The translations under genes and the position numbers were made by a program. A stretch of 56,918 bases of DNA from a virus (lineage: Duplodnaviria > Caudoviricetes): IMG/VR virus record IMGVR_UViG_3300029823_000284, positions 1-56,918 of that record. The stretch is one strand, 5' to 3'. The notes beneath the pieces were generated by a model that saw nothing but the letters and a program-made list of their open reading frames with translations, did no database searches and was not told the DNA's origin. Below, in pieces: positions 1-7,461 of the stretch (the first letter of the stretch is position 1; every line of letters starts with the position of its first letter).

Positions 1-1683
1 GATAACTGAGTTTTTGGGATCAGCAAAATATACAGCATCAATTATCGGTACATCAACACCTTCTGTGAGACATCTAGCGTTTGAAATTACACCAAATGGA
101 GATGCTATAAATTCGTCAAAAATTGCTTTTCTAGAGCCAGCAGACATGCTTCCATTTATATGGTCACAATATACATCTGAAACGACTATATCCCCAGAAA
201 TACCAGATACTACTTCGTTTAAGTTAGTCCCATTTGCAGATGAAATAAAACGTTTTGCAGATTCAATATCGCGATGATAGGAGATAGCTTTGCTAATCCC
301 AATATCATTCATAGTTTTTGCGAGAAGAACTTGTTTGAATAGATTCTGGGAATCCACTTCCCTATCGCCAATGTTTAGAACTAGATTGTTATCAATTATA
401 CTTTTTAGTTCCCCTTCTTTCATGCAACAAAGAACTATTTTGTAATCGCTGATTATTCCTTGTTCAATAGCAGATCTAAAAGGAAGCGAGGTAAATGTCG
501 GACCATACTGTTCATAGTTATCCATTGAAAAGACTTCATAATTATATTCACGTGCTCGCCCGACTATACGAGGATTAACAAATCTTTCTGTAGCTGTCAT
601 GAATAACCGTTTTTCTGAAGGGATAAAAGCATCATTCATACCCATAATGAACATTTGAGTATCTTTATTACCGGCAGTCCTATGAGCTTCATCGAAAAAG
701 GCAATATCAAAAGTAAATCCATCAATTTTTTCTAATGCTCCAACTATGGCATCTAACGATTGGTATGTTGAAAATATAACCTTGTCTTTCGGTGATTCGA
801 ATTTTATAAAATCAAGAATTTTCTCTGAATCAGTAGTAACCGGAACACCGATATAAGACGCATCTGCCTGGAAATCATCATTTTCTAGATGTTTTGCATT
901 CTCGGCTACTGTCGCATCGCTACATACACAAAGGTAGGTGAATGGGGCTTTTGCCTGCGGCATCCAAGCTTCAAGAGTTTGCTTTATTAGAGCAAGGTTC
1001 GGAGCAACAAATAGCACATTTTTTGCCGATAAACCTTCCTTTATCCATAATGCAGTAAGGGTCTTACCAGTGCCACATGCGGCAAGCATTTTTCCTCTTT
1101 CTTCTGTTGCAAATCCCTCAAGAACATCGGATATCATTTTAACTTGGTGAGGCATAGGTGTATATCTTTGAACACGTGTTTCGCTTACACCTGTTGTAGC
1201 ATAAGAGTACAACCACTCGAAGAAATCTGGCGCTAGGCTGCTTAATTCATTTCTTAATACAAAAAATTGATCTTTCTTTTTGTAAGCTTGTTGAGGAAGC
1301 TCATAGCAGTTTGCAAAAATGCAGCGCTCATCAGCATGCTCAGACTCAGCCCAAAATGAAGTTAGTTCATCATAAGAAGGGGATAATTGGCCGCTTCTGA
1401 ATTTCGCCTGGTAGGCTACAGTTTTTCCATCTTCTTTAACAATTAAGCCGTCTACACCACTATCTCGTTTCTCTAGTTTTACTTTTTTCCTCAATTCTAA
1501 TGGTATTGAGTTTTCCATATATAGCTCTGAGATAAGATACAAATCCTTAAAATATGTGAAATAGGCAAAAACAAACTGTTCAAAAGCGGTACCTTTTTCT
1601 TTAGGAATTTCAATTGATTCAATTGCAGCCTCTAACTCCACCCATGAAGTATACTTTTTAGAAAATATACTATTAAATATCAT
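1..1683 (-). CDS. Mrr-like restriction endonuclease / SF2 helicase fusion (Type ISP-like N-terminal half), runs off the left edge
   Basis: Not in ORF track (no stop in window). ATG at 1683 with GGAGGAGG RBS. Manual translation gives EKGTAFE..DSGVDG..YQAKF nuclease motif, Walker A AACGTGKT, DEAHRTAG, MTAT, NARCLTEGVDVP. Confidence 0.85.
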   Translation of the reverse strand, partial: MIFNSIFSKKYTSWVELEAAIESIEIPKEKGTAFEQFVFAYFTYFKDLYLISELYMENSIPLELRKKVKLEKRDSGVDGLIVKEDGKTVAYQAKFRSGQLSPSYDELTSFWAESEHADERCIFANCYELPQQAYKKKDQFFVLRNELSSLAPDFFEWLYSYATTGVSETRVQRYTPMPHQVKMISDVLEGFATEERGKMLAACGTGKTLTALWIKEGLSAKNVLFVAPNLALIKQTLEAWMPQAKAPFTYLCVCSDATVAENAKHLENDDFQADASYIGVPVTTDSEKILDFIKFESPKDKVIFSTYQSLDAIVGALEKIDGFTFDIAFFDEAHRTAGNKDTQMFIMGMNDAFIPSEKRLFMTATERFVNPRIVGRAREYNYEVFSMDNYEQYGPTFTSLPFRSAIEQGIISDYKIVLCCMKEGELKSIIDNNLVLNIGDREVDSQNLFKQVLLAKTMNDIGISKAISYHRDIESAKRFISSANGTNLNEVVSGISGDIVVSDVYCDHINGSMSAGSRKAIFDEFIASPFGVISNARCLTEGVDVPIIDAVYFADPKNSVI

Positions 1684-1756
1684 AAAAACCCTCCTCCTAC
1701 GAGATAGAGACAAGGAGCTACCTTGTCCTATCAGAAAATTTTAATAATTGAGTTAT

Positions 1757-3028
1757 TTACGTATGTATAATCTCTATATCGTCATATGTAGTATCAAAAT
1801 ATGGTAAACAAATAGCATTAATTTCGGCAAGTATAACATCCTTATCAATCAAATTATTACCTTCTGATTCAAATGCAATAATTAATTTACCACAATCCTC
1901 ATAACCACATGATCCGAATAAAGCCTTATGGATATCAAGTTTATTTTTACCTAACAGTTTTTCTATGATATAATCCCAAAAATTAATTTTTCTATAGTTG
2001 AGTATTTGATTCTTGGGTACGCTATTCAAGCGATTTTGCACTTTGGACCAACTCTCCAGTAAGCGGTCTTGGAAAAAAGTTGATACTCCACCACAAGAAC
2101 CGCAGAATCTATCATTTCCAGATAGTTTGCTGTTACAGCTTGTACAAAGATTATATAGTGGAGCGGAACAGATATTACATACTTTTGCAGATAAGGGTAA
2201 ATCCATTTCTCCACACCGCATACAATAGTAGACACGCCCAGTGCTTTTTAACGGAATCGTTGATGGGTATAAAAATACCTTATCCATATTTACGCTAATG
2301 GTCGTTTTAAATCCACACATCCTGCAGTACCGATCTTCAGGTTTTAATGGTGCTCCACAATTGCCGCAAAATGCAGGTGATGTGAGAAGTAAGTATTTTT
2401 TATTTCTAATGAAGTCATCAAATTGGCATTCAAGTGCAGCTTTTTCACGCTCCATGAGATGATAATCGCGTCTAATGTCACTTATTACATATTCTGATGC
2501 TTCTTCAGATAAATTACAAAGTGATTTTATACTTTCTTTGTCAAAGCAATTGCATGCGCGGAGAATTGCTGTAGGGGCAAGTAATTCTGCAGCAAACATT
2601 TCAGCTTCACGCTCTAAAACCCAATATTCATGAGAACTACTGATATTTAGCGAGGACGGAAGATCGAACTCCTCAAAGTGTTTCAAGAATATGTGTCCTA
2701 ATTCATGCGCTTTGGAAAAACGAACATTGCCCGGAACCCTATTACGATCTTTTACAATAGATACATATATTGATTTTCCTTGAATAACTCTTTTCTGTGT
2801 AATTGCTTGAATATCCTTGTTGTTCTTAAACTCTTGGGGTAAATCGCACATAGCAATTTGTTCAGCTTCAGTTTCAGAAAATAAAATGATATTGTTAGCT
2901 TTAAAAATCAAATCTATATCAATCGGAAGTGAATTTATATTGTTTGACAATAATAATTTACGTGCTGTACGCTTTACGTAATCATATCTGGGCTTACTTG
3001 GAATACGTTTAATTGCCAACACGTTCAC
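1757..3028 (-). CDS. ImmA/IrrE-family metallopeptidase with C-terminal zinc ribbons
   Basis: RFSKAHELGH (HExxH) and EREAEMFAAELLAP; six CxxC pairs downstream. Confidence 0.88.
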   Translation of the reverse strand: MNVLAIKRIPSKPRYDYVKRTARKLLLSNNINSLPIDIDLIFKANNIILFSETEAEQIAMCDLPQEFKNNKDIQAITQKRVIQGKSIYVSIVKDRNRVPGNVRFSKAHELGHIFLKHFEEFDLPSSLNISSSHEYWVLEREAEMFAAELLAPTAILRACNCFDKESIKSLCNLSEEASEYVISDIRRDYHLMEREKAALECQFDDFIRNKKYLLLTSPAFCGNCGAPLKPEDRYCRMCGFKTTISVNMDKVFLYPSTIPLKSTGRVYYCMRCGEMDLPLSAKVCNICSAPLYNLCTSCNSKLSGNDRFCGSCGGVSTFFQDRLLESWSKVQNRLNSVPKNQILNYRKINFWDYIIEKLLGKNKLDIHKALFGSCGYEDCGKLIIAFESEGNNLIDKDVILAEINAICLPYFDTTYDDIEIIHT

Positions 3029-3037
3029 CTCCTTTTG

Positions 3038-3709
3038 TTATTTGTTGTTGTCATCAGATATTCCACTTTGCTTTAAAACGATATTTATGAATTCGGCCAT
3101 TTTATCCATTGTTTCTTTTGGAGCATTTTTTGCTCTAAATAGTGTTTTTACTAATTCTTCAGACTTAGATAAGCCTTCAAGCAATTCGTCGCCACTACTC
3201 TTAGTTGAATTTACTAGATCTTCCGCAGACTCCGTTTCTGATAATACCCGCAGAGCGGGGATGCCAAAAACTCTAGTAATGGAAGCAAAATCATTATAAT
3301 CACAAAGGTTATCACCAGATTCTATGGCTTCAATTAATTGAGGCGATAGATTGGAGGCTTCTGCCAATTCCGGAACACTAAGCCCTTTTGATTTTCTTAA
3401 AGATCTTATTTTTTCTGCTATGGTTTTAGGATTAGATTCATTAAATAGTTCTTCAAGGTAAGAATCCATATCAGTGGCAGCACTAATATATCCACCTGCT
3501 TTTAAAGCTTCCTCTACAGGAATATTTAATGCTTTACATATGGCTTTAATATTTTTGATTGATGGGTTAGCTCTATCACCATTCTCAATTCTATGAATTT
3601 CTGTGTGACTAATTCCAGATTTTTCAGCCAGCGCCCACTTTTTAATACCAGCTGCTTCACGAGCTGCCTTAAGGTATCTACCAATTGCTGTTTCAGCCAC
3701 AATATTCAC
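3038..3709 (-). CDS. XRE-family repressor (ImmR/CI-like) with two HTH domains
   Basis: LAEKSGISHTEIHRIENG and LAEASNLSPQLIEAIESG; divergent from cro-like gene and upstream of ImmA. Confidence 0.85.
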   Translation of the reverse strand: MNIVAETAIGRYLKAAREAAGIKKWALAEKSGISHTEIHRIENGDRANPSIKNIKAICKALNIPVEEALKAGGYISAATDMDSYLEELFNESNPKTIAEKIRSLRKSKGLSVPELAEASNLSPQLIEAIESGDNLCDYNDFASITRVFGIPALRVLSETESAEDLVNSTKSSGDELLEGLSKSEELVKTLFRAKNAPKETMDKMAEFINIVLKQSGISDDNNK

Positions 3710-3730
3710 CTCCTAGAAGTAGGATATCAC

Positions 3731-4106
3731 AAACCGAACCAAAACGCAATACTTATTTTTATGAACCAATAAGTGCATTGACAAAAGGTTCAATGCTTGA
3801 TAATCTAAAATAAAAGAAATCCATTTTATAGAAGTGGTTTTTTATTTAACCTAAACCGAACCAAAAAGTTCAAGAGGAGGTAAAATGGAAATTAACACTG
3901 ACTATATAAGAGAATTAGCAAGGAAAGAGGGACTTACTGGAGCTGAATTAGGACGAAGAATGAATATTTCGGTTTCAGAGGCAAATCGTGTTTTAAATGG
4001 AGAACGTAAAGGCGGTAGAAAAGTAATATCTGGTATAACAAAAGCTTTTCCCGAGGCTGATAAAAGGCAGCTTTTTATTTTACCTGAAACCGAACCAAAA
4101 AGTTCG
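3731..4106. promoter_or_regulatory. Putative repressor operators (AAACCGAACCAAAAAGTTC)
   Basis: Identical 19-mers at 3853-3871 and 4087-4105; partial copy at 3731-3744; GAAC-N6-GTTC dyad. Confidence 0.65.
3778..3806 (+). promoter_or_regulatory. Sigma-A type lytic promoter
   Basis: TTGACA (3778-3783), 17 bp spacer, extended TGnTAATCT. Confidence 0.7.
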
Positions 4107-4343
4107 TATCCTCATGCTTTTGATTGTATTGTTCCCAATATACCGTACATAAAAAGAATGATGCACTCGTTAGGTTGGTCTGGAAGTGATTTAGCAAGGC
4201 ACATGGGTGTTTCTGTAACAGAAGCTAACAGACTGCTTAGAGGTGCCCGAAAAGGAGGCAAAAAGGCAATTGGTGGTTTTTTGAAAGCTTTTCCCGATGA
4301 AAAATGGGAGCATTTGTTTATTCTCAACAATTCCAAACAGTAG
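3885..4343 (+). CDS. Cro-like regulator with tandem duplicated HTH
   Basis: ELGRRMNISVSEANRVLNGERKGG and DLARHMGVSVTEANRLLRGARKGG; GAGGAGG RBS. Confidence 0.8.
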   Translation: MEINTDYIRELARKEGLTGAELGRRMNISVSEANRVLNGERKGGRKVISGITKAFPEADKRQLFILPETEPKSSYPHAFDCIVPNIPYIKRMMHSLGWSGSDLARHMGVSVTEANRLLRGARKGGKKAIGGFLKAFPDEKWEHLFILNNSKQ

Positions 4344-4364
4344 GTAAAAAGGAGGTTCGATTAT

Positions 4365-4523
4365 ATGCAGAGTATAAAAAACAGTTCTGGCAAGCTTGTT
4401 TGCCGCATTGATTCAAGTCAGAGAATTGTTGAAATAGTACATAAGGGTATACGTACCGTCATTCGCTTCCTAGATGACGGAACCTATGAAGTCAAAAATA
4501 GTGAAGTCATGAAGATAGCTTAA
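4365..4523 (+). CDS. Small hypothetical protein (52 aa, MQSIKNSSGKLVCRID...)
   Basis: Below ORF-track cutoff; AAGGAGG RBS; open frame between cro and sigma gene. Confidence 0.7.
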   Translation: MQSIKNSSGKLVCRIDSSQRIVEIVHKGIRTVIRFLDDGTYEVKNSEVMKIA

Positions 4524-4536
4524 GTTAACCCGAAAT

Positions 4537-4672
4537 AATCCGCAGAGCCGCTGGACGGACAGGATAAACACTTTATAAGTGTTTCCTGCCCGTCTTTTTT
4601 TCTGCTCTGCGGATAAAAGATAACCGGCTCTTGCGGATTTTTCAAAGCCAAATTTTGAAAACCAAAGGAGCC
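4537..4672 (+). promoter_or_regulatory. Structured leader / attenuator upstream of sigma gene
   Basis: Terminator-like hairpin 4554-4594 plus T7; outer stem 4538-4548 with 4604-4614; alternative pairing with 4626-4639; GGCTC can pair with the GGAGCC RBS. Confidence 0.6.
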
Positions 4673-4678
4673 AAAATT

Positions 4679-5173
4679 ATGTCAAGAAAGTACAAAACAA
4701 GCAATAAGAACAGAACCAACTACATTTATTACACCGCTGAAGGAACAAAGATTATTATTACCCCTGGTGAAGACGGAGTCACCGAAGCTGACATCGAGCT
4801 TTTACATTCGATGGATGACATTGAAGTGGACGAGCAGCGCCGTTACGATTACCGAGTTACTACCCATCTGGATGCTTATTACGATGGTGAAAGTGAAGCA
4901 GCAAATGATCGCAATAAGTATCTGGCCGATGATAACACAAACCCCGAAAAACTTTACATAACAAATGAAGAGGAACAGGATCATCAAACTGCCCTGGACA
5001 AGCTTGCCGAGGCTATGGGTTGTCTCTTGCCTCAGCAAAAAGAGCTTTTCAAAAAGGTTTATTTGGACAAACGTACCAACACAGATATTGCTGCTGAAGA
5101 AGGAGTGACGGAAGCGGCTATCCGTAACCGCCTGAAAAAGATACACGAAAAATTAAGAAAAATTTTTTTCTGA
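4679..5173 (+). CDS. Phage sigma-70 region 4 / ECF-like factor
   Basis: C-terminal LLPQQKELFKKVY..TNTDIAAEEGVTEAAIRNRLKKIHEKLRK; ATG at 4679 after AAGGAG. Confidence 0.82.
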   Translation: MSRKYKTSNKNRTNYIYYTAEGTKIIITPGEDGVTEADIELLHSMDDIEVDEQRRYDYRVTTHLDAYYDGESEAANDRNKYLADDNTNPEKLYITNEEEQDHQTALDKLAEAMGCLLPQQKELFKKVYLDKRTNTDIAAEEGVTEAAIRNRLKKIHEKLRKIFF

Positions 5174-5175
5174 TA

Positions 5176-5230
5176 GGGTTCGAATGAACCCTCTTTTTCG
5201 CTTATCGGTGAGGGGCAGGAAAACCGCCCC
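5176..5230 (+). promoter_or_regulatory. Conserved motif copy 1 (GGGTTCGA-N10-TTTTTYGCWTAT) plus short hairpin
   Basis: Same motif and spacing at 9400 and 39450. Confidence 0.7.
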
Positions 5231-5246
5231 GGAAAGGAGACGGAAT

Positions 5247-5492
5247 ATGAGCTTTAAACACAAAGTCACAATCAATGTGGCTAAACCAGGTGGCGGACAA
5301 AGCCCTGTAATTCAAAGCAGCAGACAGACAATCCGAAGTAAACTGCTCGATTTGTTGTTCGGTAAAAAGGTAAGTCTGCTTGTAATTACACCCGGTGACT
5401 CGGTCGAAACGGTAGAAATCAAGGAAATCAGGGAAGGAGGTGTGGAGCATGAGCAAAATCAAGCTTCTTCTCGATGTGGTCTCAGATCTTAG
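5247..5492 (+). CDS. Hypothetical phage protein
   Basis: AAGGAG RBS before ATG 5247; first gene of replication operon. Confidence 0.65.
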   Translation: MSFKHKVTINVAKPGGGQSPVIQSSRQTIRSKLLDLLFGKKVSLLVITPGDSVETVEIKEIREGGVEHEQNQASSRCGLRS

Positions 5493-5772
5493 ATCGCTGG
5501 CAGACAGCGTTCAGGCTGTTGCAGAAGCAATAGCAAAAGCAACTAACGAGCCTGATGAAATACCAAAACCGGAGCAATCTGCACAGGAAAAACAACCAAA
5601 AGAAAAGCAGGTTACCTTGGAAGAGGTAAGGGCTGTACTTGCTGAAAAGAGTCATGACGGATTTACGGCTGAAGTTCGAGCATTACTGCAAAAGTATGGT
5701 GCATCTAGGCTCAGTGAGATTGACCCTGGCAAGTATGCCGCGCTTCTTGCGGATGCGGAGGGACTGAAATGA
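5449..5772 (+). CDS. Small conserved phage replication-module protein
   Basis: VTLEEVRAVLAEKSHDG..VRALLQKYGA..YAALLADAE motif, typical upstream of DUF2800. Confidence 0.75.
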   Translation: MSKIKLLLDVVSDLRSLADSVQAVAEAIAKATNEPDEIPKPEQSAQEKQPKEKQVTLEEVRAVLAEKSHDGFTAEVRALLQKYGASRLSEIDPGKYAALLADAEGLK

Positions 5773-6896
5773 GCAAACATGCAATTCTCTCTGCATCGGG
5801 AGCCCATCGCTGGATGAATTGTACACCGTCGGCCAGATTGGAACTAGAGTTTGATGATAACAGTGGTGAAGCTGCAGCCGAAGGAACTGCTGCCCATGCA
5901 TTAAGTGAGCATAAGCTTCGCAGGGTGTTGAAGATGCGGTCAAAAAAGCCGGTTTCACCTTATGACTCTGATGAGATGGATACCTTCACTGATAGCTATG
6001 TTGAATTTGTACTTGAAGTCATTGAACAGGCAAAGCAGGCCTGTAGTGATCCGATGGTCTTAATTGAACAGCGATTGGACTTCTCAAAATATGTACCCGA
6101 TGGTTTTGGAACGGGTGACTGCTTAATTATCTTTGATGGAACCCTTCATATAATTGATTTCAAGTATGGTCAGGGTGTTCTGGTAAACGCAGAGGAGAAC
6201 CCGCAGATGAAGCTCTATGCCCTTGGTGCACTGGAGTTATTCGATGGCATCTATGATATCGATAACGTTTCAATGACAATCTACCAACCACGCAGGGAAA
6301 ATGTCAGCACATACACAGTAATGAAGGAAAGCTTGTATCAGTGGGCAGAGGAAATTTTAAAGCCAAAAGCTGAGTTAGCTTTTGCCGGTGACGGCAATTA
6401 CTGCCCTGGAGAATGGTGCCAATTTTGCCGAGCAGCAGTGAAATGCCGGGCAAGAGCGGAAGCCAAGATGAAACTGGCAGCGTTCGAGTTTGCTTTGCCG
6501 CCATTACTGTCAGATGAGGAAATCTCAGAGATTCTTTCATCTATCGGAGATCTTACCAGCTGGGCAAACGAAATTATGGCCTATGCAACAGATGCAGCAG
6601 TTAATCATGGAAAGCATTGGCCGGGATTTAAGGTAGTAGAAGGTCGCTCCAACCGTAAATACACAGATGAAGAAGCAGTCGCTGAAGCGGCGAAAAATGC
6701 AGGCTATCGCGATATTTACAAGCAAAGTCTCATCAGCATTACTGAAATGGAAAAATTGATGGGCAAACCCAAGTTTAATGAAATCCTTGGTGGTCTGGTC
6801 ATGAAGCCATCGGGAAAACCAACGCTAGTGCCTGTTTCAGACAAGCGTCCTGAAATGAATATATCATCAGCAAAAAAAGATTTTATGGAGGTTTAA
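5769..6896 (+). CDS. DUF2800 / Cas4-like PD-(D/E)XK nuclease
   Basis: HAILSASGAHRW, FGTGDC..IIDFKYG, QMKLYALG, CQFC. Confidence 0.85.
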   Translation: MSKHAILSASGAHRWMNCTPSARLELEFDDNSGEAAAEGTAAHALSEHKLRRVLKMRSKKPVSPYDSDEMDTFTDSYVEFVLEVIEQAKQACSDPMVLIEQRLDFSKYVPDGFGTGDCLIIFDGTLHIIDFKYGQGVLVNAEENPQMKLYALGALELFDGIYDIDNVSMTIYQPRRENVSTYTVMKESLYQWAEEILKPKAELAFAGDGNYCPGEWCQFCRAAVKCRARAEAKMKLAAFEFALPPLLSDEEISEILSSIGDLTSWANEIMAYATDAAVNHGKHWPGFKVVEGRSNRKYTDEEAVAEAAKNAGYRDIYKQSLISITEMEKLMGKPKFNEILGGLVMKPSGKPTLVPVSDKRPEMNISSAKKDFMEV

Positions 6897-6900
6897 TACT

Positions 6901-7461
6901 ATGTCAAACACAGCAAAAAGAATTAACCCTACGAAAGTGATCACTGGAATTGTGAGACTCTCTTATGCCAACGTCTGGGAACCGAAATCCATTAATGGCG
7001 GCGCTGAAAAATACAGCGTGAGCCTGATTATCCCTAAGAGCGATACTAAAACACTTAATGCCATCAATGCAGCAGTGAATGCCGCAATTGAAGAAGGCAA
7101 AGGTAAGTTCGGCGGCAAAATTCCGAACAAAGCCGCGCTCAAACTCCCTTTGCGAGATGGCGATATCGACCGTCCAGATGATGAAGCTTATGCAAATAGC
7201 TATTTCATCAATGCCAATAGCAACACTGCACCCCAAATTGTAGACAGGAACGTTAATCCGATTCTTGACCGTTCTGAAGTTTACTCCGGTGTGTATGCAA
7301 GAGTAAGTATCAACTTCTATGCCTTCAACTCCAATGGCAACAAAGGCATTGCATGTGGTCTAGGCAATATTCAGAAAATACGTGATGGTGAACCGCTGGG
7401 TGGTAGAACAAATGCCGCTGACGATTTTGCCATCGATGTGGATGACGATTTCCTGTCATGA
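6901..7461 (+). CDS. DUF2815 single-stranded DNA-binding protein
   Basis: RLSYANVWEP, PLRDGD, GIACGLGNIQK, acidic C-terminal tail. Confidence 0.85.
   Translation: MSNTAKRINPTKVITGIVRLSYANVWEPKSINGGAEKYSVSLIIPKSDTKTLNAINAAVNAAIEEGKGKFGGKIPNKAALKLPLRDGDIDRPDDEAYANSYFINANSNTAPQIVDRNVNPILDRSEVYSGVYARVSINFYAFNSNGNKGIACGLGNIQKIRDGEPLGGRTNAADDFAIDVDDDFLS

Noticed and set aside
14-1150. Short plus-strand ORFs 14-277 and 938-1150, and the many similar short antisense ORFs across the window
   Set aside because: They are shadows of long motif-bearing genes on the opposite strand or in another frame and lack RBSs.
3853-4106. LexA (Cheo) boxes
   Set aside because: Spacing is GAAC-N6-GTTC rather than the Firmicutes GAAC-N4-GTTC.
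5769-6896. CRISPR-associated Cas4
   Set aside because: Context (SSB, PolA) marks it as the standard phage DUF2800 replication nuclease.
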